Shown here in pieces: positions 10,716 through 21,627 of a DNA stretch of 64,000 nucleotides. The DNA is taken from the NCBI GenBank assembly GCA_046045965.1, contig JBJOKS010000008.1:100676-164675 (forward strand), in the 5' to 3' direction. The translations under genes and the position numbers were made by a program. Each line of letters opens with the position of its first letter. Within the stretch, counting starts at the first letter, position 1. The notes beneath the pieces were generated by a model. It was given only the letters and a program-made list of their open reading frames with translations, did no database searches and had not been told where the DNA came from. The stretch is from Cyanobacteriota bacterium (GTDB taxonomy: Bacteria > Cyanobacteriota > Cyanobacteriia > Cyanobacteriales > Nostocaceae).

Positions 10716-10826
10716 ATCAGTTGGTAATTGGTAGTTGGTAATTAGTAATTGGTAAAAACCTTACAGCAGATTGCAGATCAATGAGGTAGAGAATCTAAAT
10801 TGAAACCTATACACAAAGACAGTTTT

Positions 10827-10868
<42 letters not shown>

Positions 10869-11084
10869 CTATATGTCCTCAAAGATTACCGATTACGTTG
10901 TTGCATAAATCTCACGAAATACCACCAGTTACAAATTGGTAACAATGATGTTTTAACACGTTCTGGTATAAAACATCGACTGTCCCAAGATGCAATTTCA
11001 TTACTGATTTTCAATACAATTGGCTAACCACCAATTCTGGAAGAAAACCAGTTTTGACTACCGCTGACCACTGACCACTGACAA

Positions 11085-12002
11085 TTATGGCAATTCTACA
11101 GAATTGGGTTTAGCAATATGTGGCAGTCCCCAACCTAATTTTTCTCGTAAAACGCGGAAAAACTCTGGAGATTGTAAGCGAATAAACCTAGCCTTGTATG
11201 GCGATCGCTCTAAATATACCCGATCTTCTGGCAAAATATAACACCCACCATTTCCATCTACCACCATCACCAACCGAGGGATGTTAACTGGATAGATATT
11301 AACAGGTTCGCTATCGGGAAACACCAAAGCCCTAGAAGCCAGAGAATGGGGACAAATTGGTACTAGCTGCAACACAGGTACACCAGGCGTAATTACTGGT
11401 CCACCGGCGCTTAATGAATAAGCAGTTGAACCCGTGGGAGTAGAAACAATGACACCATCCGCCGCAATATCCACGGCTGCATGATGACCAATTTCAATCT
11501 CAAAATGGCACATCGAAGTTAAGGGTTCTCGATGCAGCACCATTTCATTTAAACACAGAGCTTCCCATAATACCGCATCTCCCCGCAGCACTTTGACATT
11601 AAGCATGGCTCGTTCTTCGATTTCATACTGACCTGCCATTACCTGTTCTATGGCTTGGGGAAGTTGGTTTAGATAAGCTTCCGTCAAAAATCCCATGTGA
11701 CCAGTATTCACAGTTAACAATGGTATGCCACAGGGGGCAACTTGACGGGACGCTGCTAAAACAGTACCGTCTCCCCCTAATACCACTGCAAACTCCATGT
11801 CTGAGCCAAAACCAGGGGGTGTAAGAGCTTCTACTGGGGTGTGGCATACAGGACTATCAGGATTTGAGTAGCCCAGTATACCACCGATACTTGCTGTCAC
11901 ACATACATCCCAACCAGCAGCGGTTAGCTGGTCTTTCAGTTCGGTAGCGACTCGACCCGCTACCGGTTTAACGTCGTTGTAGATAATGCCTGCTTTCGGC
12001 AC
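11085..12002 (-). CDS. nadK: NAD+ kinase
   Basis: [29 protein letters not shown] motifs. Confidence 0.95.
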   Translation of the reverse strand: MPKAGIIYNDVKPVAGRVATELKDQLTAAGWDVCVTASIGGILGYSNPDSPVCHTPVEALTPPGFGSDMEFAVVLGGDGTVLAASRQVAPCGIPLLTVNTGHMGFLTEAYLNQLPQAIEQVMAGQYEIEERAMLNVKVLRGDAVLWEALCLNEMVLHREPLTSMCHFEIEIGHHAAVDIAADGVIVSTPTGSTAYSLSAGGPVITPGVPVLQLVPICPHSLASRALVFPDSEPVNIYPVNIPRLVMVVDGNGGCYILPEDRVYLERSPYKARFIRLQSPEFFRVLREKLGWGLPHIAKPNSVELP

Positions 12003-12086
12003 ATTCAGATATCCAAAGTTTAGGCGATGCTTGATCTTTAGTAATGGTTACATATTTTTGACTGATCTAGTCATTCATCTGGAATT

Positions 12087-13085
12087 TTATTGACTATTAA
12101 CTTTTGAAGATTGTTTAAAAGGGGTTTTTTTATCTTTTTTCTTTTTGGTCTTATTTTTTTCGTAGTCTAACTCCTTCAGCTTTTTCATAATTCTGCTGAA
12201 ATACTCTTGCAAGTAAGTTTCTACAGTAGCTGTTTGTTGTTTATCTAAGCCAAAAACTGTATATACTTCGTCCATTGGCGCATTTAAGGCTTTACCACTG
12301 GCTAATACTTCTGAAAAAGCCAATCTATCAGCTACATTCCATCCCCACTGGAAAAACCGCAGTAAGCTTTGAACACCACGCAGTAAGCCAATTGGCATCC
12401 GTGTTACTCTGGCATCTTTTCCTGATAAACGTTCACAAATATTTATTATTTCCTCTGCACTCCAAGCACGAGTACCAACCACGGGGAAAGTTTGTTTTTC
12501 GGTTTCTGGTACACTCAAAGCGCGAAGCGCAAATTTAGCAATATCTTGAGTATCCATATAAGCAACCGGGGAAGAAGCACCCGTTACCCACACTGGCTGA
12601 TTTTCCAAAATGGGTATGCCATATTGACCAATTAAACCTTGCATAAACCCAGCTAAACGTAAAATTGTATAGTTTAAACCGGACTCAGCTAAAAATAATT
12701 CTGTACATCGCTTAATTTCCATCAGCGGTACATTGGGATATTTATCAGCATCGAGAATGGAAAAGAAGACAAAACGCTCTACACCAGCAGCTTTAGCAGC
12801 TTGAATTAAGGCTACTTTGCCATCCCAGTCTACCTGTTTAATAGTTAATGAATCTGTAGCGCGAGATGTGGAAGCATCTATCACTTGAGTTACACCTGCT
12901 AACGCTGCTTCCAGGGTTTGGGGATAACACAAGTCTCCTCTCACCAGTTCTGCACCCCATTCTTTGAGAAATGCCGCTTTTTTAGGACTTCTAACCAGAC
13001 AGCGTACTTTGTACCCCTCATCGATAGCACGACGAGCCACTTGTCTTCCTAAGGTGCCAGTGGCACCGACGATTAATAATGTCAT
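12087..13085 (-). CDS. ycf39: Ycf39-like atypical SDR/NmrA-family protein
   Basis: GATGTLG nucleotide-binding motif, AAFLKEWGAELV, QWGWNVADRLAF. Confidence 0.8.
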   Translation of the reverse strand: MTLLIVGATGTLGRQVARRAIDEGYKVRCLVRSPKKAAFLKEWGAELVRGDLCYPQTLEAALAGVTQVIDASTSRATDSLTIKQVDWDGKVALIQAAKAAGVERFVFFSILDADKYPNVPLMEIKRCTELFLAESGLNYTILRLAGFMQGLIGQYGIPILENQPVWVTGASSPVAYMDTQDIAKFALRALSVPETEKQTFPVVGTRAWSAEEIINICERLSGKDARVTRMPIGLLRGVQSLLRFFQWGWNVADRLAFSEVLASGKALNAPMDEVYTVFGLDKQQTATVETYLQEYFSRIMKKLKELDYEKNKTKKKKDKKTPFKQSSKVNSQ

Positions 13086-13173
13086 GAGGGTCTTTATAAA
13101 TTTTAATGTTTTATGATAAAAATCTTAACAGAATTAGTTATAGAAATAAAACTTTACATATTTTTAATGGGAA

Positions 13174-13212
13174 TGGGGACTGGGGACTGGGGACTGGGGA
13201 CTGGGGACTGGG
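13174..13212. repeat. STRR heptamer repeat (TGGGGAC)n
   Basis: About five tandem copies; same unit at 25510, 31496, 40873-40938 (reverse) and 63586. Confidence 0.9.
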
Positions 13213-13258
13213 AAATTAATATTTCTCCCTCTGCTCCCCTGCACCCCTGCTCCCCTGC

Positions 13259-13363
13259 TTATTCTTCTGCGCCTTGAATTTTCAGCAATAATGCGCCCAA
13301 AGCCCAGCCTACGAAGATTAAGCCGAAAGACAACATAGCTGCATTTAAGATTTCGCCGCCCAT
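13259..13363 (-). CDS. petM: Cytochrome b6f subunit PetM (missing from the ORF track)
   Basis: Manual translation [40 protein letters not shown] upstream. Confidence 0.95.
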   Translation of the reverse strand: MGGEILNAAMLSFGLIFVGWALGALLLKIQGAEE

Positions 13364-13616
13364 TTTCTGTGATTCTCCTTTGTGAAGTGAATGGTTTGTG
13401 GATGTTTCCCGTTTATGAGACTGCTTAACTTAACTTGATCTCTCAAATCTCATTTTTGCTAGTCTGGTAATTCAGGTAAATCAGGTCTTCAACTGTCTTG
13501 AGGATTAGACCTGTCTCAATAATTCTAAAATAGTTTAGCAGCTAATTGAAATTGGGATCGGGTAAGCAGCGATGTGGCTTAATTAACAGTTTTCCTTATT
13601 CTCTATTCCCTGACTC

Positions 13617-14660
13617 ATGACAAATACTAATCAACGTCCACGTTTAGCACTGACACTGGGAGATCCCGCAGGAATTGGACTAGAAGTAATTTTAAAGGCT
13701 TTGGCAGATTCGGAAGTTAGCCAAAACAGTGATCTTGTCGTAGTGGGTAGTCGGGATTTACTCACTCGGAATTATAAAAATCTAACATACAATACTGAAA
13801 ATTTGTCCGCTTTGGCAAATCCAGATGAGTTGACGGTGATTGATGTACCAAACTCAGGTGACATTATTACCGGGTTGGGTAATGCTGTTAGTGGTGCGGC
13901 GAGTTTTGCTTATATGGAATCTGCCATAGCCCAAACTTTAGCGGGTGAGTTTGATGGTATTGTTACAGCACCTATAGCTAAATCAGCTTGGAAAGCGGCT
14001 GGTTATGAATATCCTGGACAAACCGAACTTTTAGCCGAAAAAGCTGGTGTAGAGCGTTTTGGAATGTTATTTGTAGCGCGATCGCCTTTTACCGGTTGGA
14101 CTCTCCGCGCTTTACTTGCTACCACACATATTCCTTTATGTCAAGTATCCCAAGTCTTAACACCGCAATTATTAACAAAGAAACTGGATTTATTAGAAGA
14201 GTGTTTACAAAGAGATTTTGGGATTAAAAATGGGAGAATTGCGATCGCAGGTTTAAATCCCCACAGTGGAGAAATGGGACAATTAGGAACAGAAGAAATA
14301 GATTGGTTAATCCCTTGGTTGAAAGCAGAACAACAAAAAAGACCGCATTTACAATTAGAAGGACCCATACCACCAGATACAATGTGGGTGAAACCTGGTC
14401 AAGCTTGGTTTGGTAATTCTGCGGTGAAAAATCCTGCTGATGCTTACTTAGCACTTTATCATGATCAGGGTTTAATTCCTGTGAAGTTGATGGCTTTTGA
14501 TCGGGCTGTAAATACTACCATTGGTTTACCATTTGTGAGAACTTCCCCGGATCATGGAACTGCATTTGATATTGCAGGTAAGGGTATTGCTGATGAAACC
14601 AGTATGAAAGCAGCGATACAGTTAGCAGTGGAGTTGGTGAAGCAGAGGTATAGAATTTAG
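13617..14660 (+). CDS. pdxA: 4-hydroxythreonine-4-phosphate dehydrogenase
   Basis: [39 protein letters not shown]. Confidence 0.97.
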   Translation: MTNTNQRPRLALTLGDPAGIGLEVILKALADSEVSQNSDLVVVGSRDLLTRNYKNLTYNTENLSALANPDELTVIDVPNSGDIITGLGNAVSGAASFAYMESAIAQTLAGEFDGIVTAPIAKSAWKAAGYEYPGQTELLAEKAGVERFGMLFVARSPFTGWTLRALLATTHIPLCQVSQVLTPQLLTKKLDLLEECLQRDFGIKNGRIAIAGLNPHSGEMGQLGTEEIDWLIPWLKAEQQKRPHLQLEGPIPPDTMWVKPGQAWFGNSAVKNPADAYLALYHDQGLIPVKLMAFDRAVNTTIGLPFVRTSPDHGTAFDIAGKGIADETSMKAAIQLAVELVKQRYRI

Positions 14661-14715
14661 GTTAGTGGAGATGTCTACAAATGAGTTTTTGAGTGGGAAG
14701 ATTATCAGAGTAGAG

Positions 14716-15015
14716 ATGATGCCTAAAAGTACAAGTTATCATGCAAAATTAATTCAAGACTTAAAAGATCCACTGGAAGCAGCTACTTATATTGAAGTTG
14801 TTATAGAAGAAGGCGATCCTAAAATGCTAAATAAGGCACTTAAAAATGTAATTGAAGCTCAAGGTGGAATTGATCAACTTTCAAAACCTGTACAGCAATG
14901 TTATGAAAACCTAGCCCAGAAATTATCTGAGCAAGGAGAAATTGAATTTTATTGTTTAACTACATTATCAGATGCTTTGGGATTACAGTTAGCAGTAACC
15001 GTTAAGTCTGCTTGA
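14716..15015 (+). CDS. HTH protein, putative addiction-module antidote (HI1420-like)
   Basis: LKDPLEAATYIEVVIEEGDPKMLNKALKNVIEAQGG...ALGLQL pattern. Confidence 0.65.
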   Translation: MMPKSTSYHAKLIQDLKDPLEAATYIEVVIEEGDPKMLNKALKNVIEAQGGIDQLSKPVQQCYENLAQKLSEQGEIEFYCLTTLSDALGLQLAVTVKSA

Positions 15016-15036
15016 TTTTTTATTACTAATTCCCCA

Positions 15037-15807
15037 TTACCCATTACCAATGCTTAATTTAACAATCACAGGAAAATGATCAGAAGGCCAAACAGCTTCC
15101 CACTGTTGACGGTCAATAATTACTTGTTCTATTTGCAAACGGCGATCGCAATATATCGTATCTATCGCATCCCCAGCTTCACCTGTAAACTCGTGAAAAG
15201 TTTTTTGTTCCTCTAAAGGAAAAGTTGCTAAAGCATCTTGTATTTTGTGATTATCAGCTAATATGATTCGTTCTAAAGTTCTCGGATTAGCGTTAAAATC
15301 TCCTGTTAACAGTAGGTAATCTTCAGCAGGAAATTCCATTAAACGTAAACTCACCAAACCTGCACCTAACTCTCTAGCTTTAGCACTTTCATGGTCTAAA
15401 TGAGTATTGACAATAGTTAAGGAAATACTAGGATTACCAACTACAAAATTAGCCCAAGTTGCCATCCGGGGTAAACGAGTTTCCCAAGTAATGCTACCAG
15501 GAATTTCTGGAGTATCGCTAAGGTAAAAATCTTTGGTTTGTTGAAGTTTTAGACGTTGGAAATTGTAAAAAACTGCACAATGTTCACCTTGTCCTGTACC
15601 CGTGCGATCGCCCCCAACAAATTTATATTCTGGTATAAGTGCTTGTAAATCCCTTAATTGATGGGGTTTACCTTCCTGCGTACCCAGTAAGTCTGGTTGA
15701 TAGTGTTGAATGAGAGATGCGATCGCACCTACACGCTTTTCCCACTGATGCACCCCCGGATCTGGTTTGTCGTAACGGAGGTTAAAACTCATGACGGTGA
15801 TTTTCAT
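15037..15807 (-). CDS. Endonuclease/exonuclease/phosphatase family protein
   Basis: SFNLRYD, GTQEG, NTHLDH, GDFN, SDHFPV. Confidence 0.9.
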   Translation of the reverse strand: MKITVMSFNLRYDKPDPGVHQWEKRVGAIASLIQHYQPDLLGTQEGKPHQLRDLQALIPEYKFVGGDRTGTGQGEHCAVFYNFQRLKLQQTKDFYLSDTPEIPGSITWETRLPRMATWANFVVGNPSISLTIVNTHLDHESAKARELGAGLVSLRLMEFPAEDYLLLTGDFNANPRTLERIILADNHKIQDALATFPLEEQKTFHEFTGEAGDAIDTIYCDRRLQIEQVIIDRQQWEAVWPSDHFPVIVKLSIGNG

Positions 15808-16090
15808 TAACTTCTTTAATTTAATCAATCTTGAGAAAAATATATATAGTGACTATATATTTTATAGTTCTGCAATAACTTAATGAGCAAGACTTAAACA
15901 AAAATCCCAAATTGGTATGAGGCTTGAGTAGATACAAATTCCCTGACCGACTTTAGCTTTAATAATTCCAACTCACACGAACTAAGCGATCAAGCCTCAG
16001 TCAAATTCTTTGGTAAATTCAGACGTACAACCCAGTTGTTAAATGAGAACCTGATTAATGTTTTTATGAGTCGTTTTTGCTATCGACAGC

Positions 16091-16807
16091 TTAAACTTTG
16101 CTACCTTCGGGTGCTTCAAACTTGTAACCATAGCCGCGCACTGTTTTAATAAACTCTGGTGTACTAGAATCAGCTTCCATTTTTTTACGCAGCTGACCAA
16201 TATGCACATCTACCACTCGTCCGTCTCCTACATAGTCACAACCCCAAATTTTTTGAATTAGTTGGGGACGACTCCAAGCTTGACCAGGATGGCTGGCTAA
16301 AAAATGTAAAATATTAAACTCTAAAGCAGTTAAAGCCAAAGGTTTATCATTCAGTGTCACCTCTCTACCTTCTGGGTTAATTGCTAATTGTTTAAAGATA
16401 AGACGTTGTGATTGAGTAGGGTGAATGTAACGGATACGCCTTAAAAGGGCTTCTACTCTGACTTCGACTTCTGCTAGGCTAAATGGTTTAGTCATGAAAT
16501 CATCTGCACCTGCGGCCAGAACTTTAATTTTATCAGCTTCATCATTCCGGCTAGTGAGTATCAAAACTAAAACATTGGTACGACTTTGCATTTCTTGACA
16601 AAGTTTATAGCCATTAGCATCTGGCAAATTCCAATCCAGAATTACCAAAGCCGGATTGAATTGCTCAAATAATGCCATAGCACTCTTACCATCTGAGGCC
16701 GATTCTATTTGGTATTTTCGACTTAGAAACCGATAGACGAGATTTCTCACACTGAAATCGTCATCTACAATCATGATTTTGGGAATATTCGTGGGAAGCT
16801 TATCCAT
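16091..16807 (-). CDS. OmpR-family response regulator
   Basis: IVDDD..ILDWNLP..KPF receiver; TVRGYGYKF winged helix. Confidence 0.92.
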   Translation of the reverse strand: MDKLPTNIPKIMIVDDDFSVRNLVYRFLSRKYQIESASDGKSAMALFEQFNPALVILDWNLPDANGYKLCQEMQSRTNVLVLILTSRNDEADKIKVLAAGADDFMTKPFSLAEVEVRVEALLRRIRYIHPTQSQRLIFKQLAINPEGREVTLNDKPLALTALEFNILHFLASHPGQAWSRPQLIQKIWGCDYVGDGRVVDVHIGQLRKKMEADSSTPEFIKTVRGYGYKFEAPEGSKV

Positions 16808-17331
16808 AGTCCAATGCAGTCTAGATGATTGATTTGGCGATTTTCTGTGGCGACAAGTTGTTTGAGACGTTGTTTTTGAGGAGTATCTGTATATTGCCTC
16901 CTGGTTAAATCAGTAGGAACAATGCCGTAGTCTTGGTATACACTTAATTTTCCTTGAAGTTTAAGCAAACTTCATAATAGTCTTTCTAAAATGTATCGGT
17001 AATGTATGATTTTGGTATTTTTTGGAAAAATATTGGTATAAAATGTAAGTTACTGCTGAGAGATAGGCAAGGATTCAGAGTTAAAACCTTATGAGTCTCA
17101 ATTTTTACCATGAATTTTATAACATCTCGAATCTGTTGATAACTGATTTGATAATTATTCTGACTCCTGACTCCTAAATTCTTTCCAATTGAATAGGACA
17201 GAAGTTAGATTTTATTAAAATTTATTCACGCTAATTTTTATATTTTCATACTCAAGCAAGACCAATTAACTTAATTTTTTTGTTAATTTTAGTTTATTGT
17301 TTGTTGATTTAAAAAAATAGCGTAAAAACCC

Positions 17332-17781
17332 ATGAATAATAATATGATGGGTGGTATTATTCCAACCCAACCACCCATAGAAGCAGAGTCTGATGTTCAT
17401 GTAGTTAAATCTCGTTTGGAATGGGGCGAACCAGCATTTACAATTTTAGATGTGCGCGATCGCTCAACCTACAACGAAGGTCATATTATGGGAGCAATGC
17501 CTATGCCCATAGATGAACTAACAGACCGTGCAGTTACATCTTTAGATCAAAGCCGTGATATTTACGTTTACGGTACAAATGAGGGACAAACTGCTCAAGC
17601 TGCCCAAAAATTGCGTTCGGCTGGATTTGATCACGTATCTGAACTTAAAGGTGGTCTGGGTGCATGGAAAGCCATTGGTGGACCAACAGAAGGCATTATT
17701 GAATCAAGAACTCCCGCCGGTGCAGATGACTACAATGTTGTCTCTCGGATGCAAAATCATTTAGAAAATCAGCAGAAGTGA
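17332..17781 (+). CDS. Rhodanese-like domain protein
   Basis: ILDVRDRSTYNEGHIMGA, LKGGLGAW; no active-site Cys. Confidence 0.85.
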   Translation: MNNNMMGGIIPTQPPIEAESDVHVVKSRLEWGEPAFTILDVRDRSTYNEGHIMGAMPMPIDELTDRAVTSLDQSRDIYVYGTNEGQTAQAAQKLRSAGFDHVSELKGGLGAWKAIGGPTEGIIESRTPAGADDYNVVSRMQNHLENQQK

Positions 17782-17847
17782 CAGGTGAGATGGGGATAAA
17801 TTAAGTCAAAAGTCAAAAGTCAAAAGTCAAAATTAAGGAAATTCTGC

Positions 17848-17890
17848 CTGTTCCCTGTTCCCTGTTCCCTGTTCCCTGTTCCCTGTTCCC
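17848..17890. repeat. STRR heptamer repeat (CTGTTCC)n, next to (GTCAAAA)n
   Basis: Tandem 7-bp units between convergent genes. Confidence 0.85.
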
Positions 17891-17909
17891 TTCTTTCCCA
17901 ATTACCAAA

Positions 17910-18542
17910 TTAGTGTTCAAATAAATCTTTGAATTGTAATAAATCCAAAGAAACTAATGTTGGTAGAACTTGAAAACATTCTTGAGCTAGTTGCCAACGT
18001 CCTTCTCTTTGCAACATTTGAGTGAGTTTTTTTTGTACACTTAGTAAGTAGCGGACATCATTAGCAGCATAACTTAATTGATCTGCGGATAAATGAACCG
18101 CGTTCCCCCAATCAGAACTTTGAGAGCTTTTATCTAGTTCTACTTGTTCTAATTCTTGTACCACATCTTTTAAACCGTGACGGTTTGTGTAGGTACGAGC
18201 TAACTTACTGGCAATTTTGGTACAAAAAACAGGCTGAACCTGAATATTGAGATTGTAACGTAAGGTAGCAATATCAAATCGAGCAAAGTGAAAGACTTTG
18301 ATAACCTTGGTTGCTTCCAAGAGTTGTTTTAAGTTGGGAGCTTCTGTTTGTCCCTGAGCGATGCGGATAGCTGTGACTTTTCCCGCTGGGTTGCACAACT
18401 GAACAAGACATAAGCGATCGCGCTGTGGTAATAATCCCATTGTTTCAGTGTCCACAGCGATCGCATCAGATTGTAAATACTCTGAGAGAGTAGCTGCATC
18501 TAAATCGCGATCGCTCACCTGAAAATCATGTAATGTCATCAA
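17910..18542 (-). CDS. rnd: Ribonuclease D-like 3'-5' exonuclease
   Basis: AVDTETMGL, FHFARFD, YAANDV (DEDDy). Confidence 0.88.
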   Translation of the reverse strand: MMTLHDFQVSDRDLDAATLSEYLQSDAIAVDTETMGLLPQRDRLCLVQLCNPAGKVTAIRIAQGQTEAPNLKQLLEATKVIKVFHFARFDIATLRYNLNIQVQPVFCTKIASKLARTYTNRHGLKDVVQELEQVELDKSSQSSDWGNAVHLSADQLSYAANDVRYLLSVQKKLTQMLQREGRWQLAQECFQVLPTLVSLDLLQFKDLFEH

Positions 18543-18638
18543 TCGTTTCCAAATAAATTATAGTGTCTATCAGTTCAATCACTGTATCAGACACTAAATT
18601 ATTATTGTGCAAATTGTGCAAAAAATCAGTAATAAATT

Positions 18639-19184
18639 CTATCTGGTGTTGATAAATATTTGTGTGAGATAAACTTCACCTTTAGCATTAGTTGCCACTC
18701 CCACCCCTGTCAGCTTATATTTTCCTTGAATATTCTTCAAATGTCCAGGACTGTTGAGCCAACCTATCACAGCCTGTTTTGCCGGCTCACTATATCCGAC
18801 GTTAAAAGCCACATTTTCGGAAGCATTGTCATATTTAAGGGGGATAGCTTTCACTCGTTGTTCAAAGCCATGATGACTAAATTTAACTGTACCATTAGCC
18901 ATGTTTTGACTGTGAATCCTTGCTTGCTCAGTTATACTTGTATTTAAGGTTAACTTTGATAATCCTTGAGCAGCCCGATATTGATTAATTTGCTCAAAAA
19001 CTAATTTTTCTAAAGTAGCATTTTCAGAACCAAGATTCGACATAGCTGCCTGACTAGAAGTATTCAATGACTGGGTGTGAGCAATTTTTTTAGTAAAATT
19101 ATTACCGGGAACCGGAGCAGTCATGAATCCACTAGCAAGGACAAGCGTACTTAAAGCCATGCCGAAAGCAGTTTGTCGGAACAT
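18639..19184 (-). CDS. CAP (SCP) domain secreted protein
   Basis: INQYR, HSQNMA, SENVA, WLNSPGHLKNI; N-terminal signal. Confidence 0.9.
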   Translation of the reverse strand: MFRQTAFGMALSTLVLASGFMTAPVPGNNFTKKIAHTQSLNTSSQAAMSNLGSENATLEKLVFEQINQYRAAQGLSKLTLNTSITEQARIHSQNMANGTVKFSHHGFEQRVKAIPLKYDNASENVAFNVGYSEPAKQAVIGWLNSPGHLKNIQGKYKLTGVGVATNAKGEVYLTQIFINTR

Positions 19185-19661
19185 AGAGAATTAGGTAGTG
19201 TATGGATTTTTCAGACATATACTCTATCTTCTGATGATCAGAATAAGTACCAGGATACTGTTAACTATTCGTGAACTGAAGAATTACAGCAGGAGTCAGG
19301 AGTCAGGAGTCAGTAGGGGTTTATCAATGCTAAACCCGTACAGAAGTTTCATCATCAACTGATGATCAAATAAATATAGATACCAAAAGACTTTTGAAAC
19401 TGTCACCTGTCACTTGCTATAGCTATAATTCAGACCTCTGAGTTCACTTTCCTGAAAATGGCATTTTCTCTTCCTGAAAATCTACCAATTTGATAACTAA
19501 AAAAATGCAGTATCCAGTATATGCCTATGGTAGATGCCTCACCTCATTAAATGTTATTGTCACTACATTATTAATCAAAAAAATCTCAAAAAAATAGTAT
19601 CCACTGACAGATGTCATGGATACTAAAATTATTAAACAGCTATTCTATTGCTCAAATAAAC

Positions 19662-20177
19662 CTATCTTGAGCGCAGGAAAATTTGTGTAAAATAAATTTG
19701 TCCTTTGCTGTTACTCGCTACACCAATCCCAGTGAGGTTATAATTACCTTTGATGTTGGTAAGATGTCCTGAACTCTTGAGCCAGCCTTGAACAGCGGTA
19801 GTAGCAGGATCTCTAGATCCTTGGTTATAAGCCACATTTTCTGCAACCCCACTGTAGGGAATACCAATTGCTGTAACTCGCGCTTGAAATCCATCATGAC
19901 TAAAGGCAACTTTACCACTAGCCATGTTTTGACTGTGAATTCTAGCTTGATTATCAATACTAGAATTACGAGTTAGTGCGGGTAAGTTTTGGGAAGCACG
20001 GTACTGGTTAATTTGATTGAAAACTGAGGCTTCTATGGCCGCAGTATTAACCGTATTTTGTGCCACTTTGTAGCTTTCATTTGGTACAAAAGAGTAACTA
20101 GGAGCAGAACTAGCTAACGTACCACTGACTAAAACTAACAAACCTGCACCAATAGCTGAAAGAGCATTTTTCAACAT
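19662..20177 (-). CDS. CAP (SCP) domain secreted protein, tandem paralog
   Basis: INQYR, HSQNMA, AENVAYN, WLKSSGHLTNI. Confidence 0.9.
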   Translation of the reverse strand: MLKNALSAIGAGLLVLVSGTLASSAPSYSFVPNESYKVAQNTVNTAAIEASVFNQINQYRASQNLPALTRNSSIDNQARIHSQNMASGKVAFSHDGFQARVTAIGIPYSGVAENVAYNQGSRDPATTAVQGWLKSSGHLTNIKGNYNLTGIGVASNSKGQIYFTQIFLRSR

Positions 20178-20186
20178 GATTGATGA

Positions 20187-21428
20187 TCAACTCTGAATTA
20201 AAAACTTAGCTGCTGTTTGCACATCTTTGTCACCTCTACCAGAACAGTTAATCACAATGCGGGGACTGCCTGATAGTTGAGGACACAAAGTTTCTAGATA
20301 GGCGATCGCATGAGATGTTTCCAATGCGGGTATAATTCCCTCTAACCTTGATAGGCGTTGAAATGCCTCTAAAGCCTCAGCATCTGTCACACTGTAATAT
20401 TCAGCCCGGCCAATATCTTTCATATAGCTGTGTTCTGGACCAACACCAGGATAATCCAAACCTGCACTAATCGAGTGTGGCTCAATTACCTGTCCGTCAT
20501 CATCTTGTAGAAGATAACTCATGGCTCCATGCAAAACACCAACCTGTCCTTTTGTAAGAGTGGCCGCGTGTTTACCAGTATTCACACCTTCACCAGCAGC
20601 TTCCACACCAATTAACCGCACAGATGGTTCTTTGACAAACTCGTGAAATAATCCCATTGCATTGGAACCACCACCCACACAAGCTATGAGAATATCAGGT
20701 AAACCGCCCCATTTTTCCATTGCTTGAGCGCGAGTTTCTTCACCGATAATAGCATGAAAATCCCGTACCATCATCGGGTAAGGATGGGGACCAGCTACAG
20801 AACCCAGGATGTAATGGGTAGTTTCTACATTCGTTACCCAGTCGCGGATGGCTTCAGAAGTGGCATCTTTGAGAGTTCCCGTACCCGCAGACACAGGACG
20901 AACTTCCGCCCCCATCAGCCGCATTCTAAAGACGTTTAAAGCTTGGCGTTCCATATCGTGAACACCCATGTAAATAATACATTCCAAACCGAAACGAGCG
21001 CAAACTGTCGCAGTTGCTACCCCATGTTGTCCTGCACCTGTTTCAGCAATGATGCGCTGTTTACCCATGCGTTTGGCCATTAATACTTGACCAAGAGCAT
21101 TATTAATTTTATGAGCGCCTGTATGATTTAAATCTTCACGTTTTAAGTAAATTTGCGCCCCAGTGCCATCAGGACGGGCATAATGGGCTGTAAGCCGTTC
21201 GGCAAAGTATAAAGGTGTGGCACGTCCTACGTAATCTTTTAGTAAACCTTGTAATTCTGCCTGAAAACTAGGATCATGGCGATATTGCTGATACGCTGTT
21301 TCTAGTTCAGCTAATGCTGGCATTAAAGTTTCAGGAACGTATTTACCACCAAAGCGGCCAAAACGTCCTAGTGTATCAGGTACTGAAGCGGTTGGTGAGA
21401 AGTTGGGGGAAAGGGGTGTAGTAGTCAC
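20187..21428 (-). CDS. trpB: Tryptophan synthase beta chain
   Basis: [33 protein letters not shown]. Confidence 0.98.
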   Translation of the reverse strand: MTTTPLSPNFSPTASVPDTLGRFGRFGGKYVPETLMPALAELETAYQQYRHDPSFQAELQGLLKDYVGRATPLYFAERLTAHYARPDGTGAQIYLKREDLNHTGAHKINNALGQVLMAKRMGKQRIIAETGAGQHGVATATVCARFGLECIIYMGVHDMERQALNVFRMRLMGAEVRPVSAGTGTLKDATSEAIRDWVTNVETTHYILGSVAGPHPYPMMVRDFHAIIGEETRAQAMEKWGGLPDILIACVGGGSNAMGLFHEFVKEPSVRLIGVEAAGEGVNTGKHAATLTKGQVGVLHGAMSYLLQDDDGQVIEPHSISAGLDYPGVGPEHSYMKDIGRAEYYSVTDAEALEAFQRLSRLEGIIPALETSHAIAYLETLCPQLSGSPRIVINCSGRGDKDVQTAAKFLIQS

Positions 21429-21586
21429 GGATTAAGTTAAATTAGAGAACAAAGTTAATTTTAATTCTAGAACTTCTAAGGATGCTGATCAAAATCCTCT
21501 CGTTCCCAGTCTCCGACTGGGAATGCCATCTAGCAGGTTCTACCTCCAGGTATATATAGAGGCAAGCAGAGCATAGGAACGAGAGA

Positions 21587-21626
21587 ATTACCAATTACCA
21601 ATTACCAATTACCAATTACCAATTAC
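21587..21626. repeat. STRR heptamer repeat (AATTACC)n
   Basis: About six tandem copies; related units at 36330-36383 and 40315-40347. Confidence 0.88.
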
Positions 21627-21627
21627 C

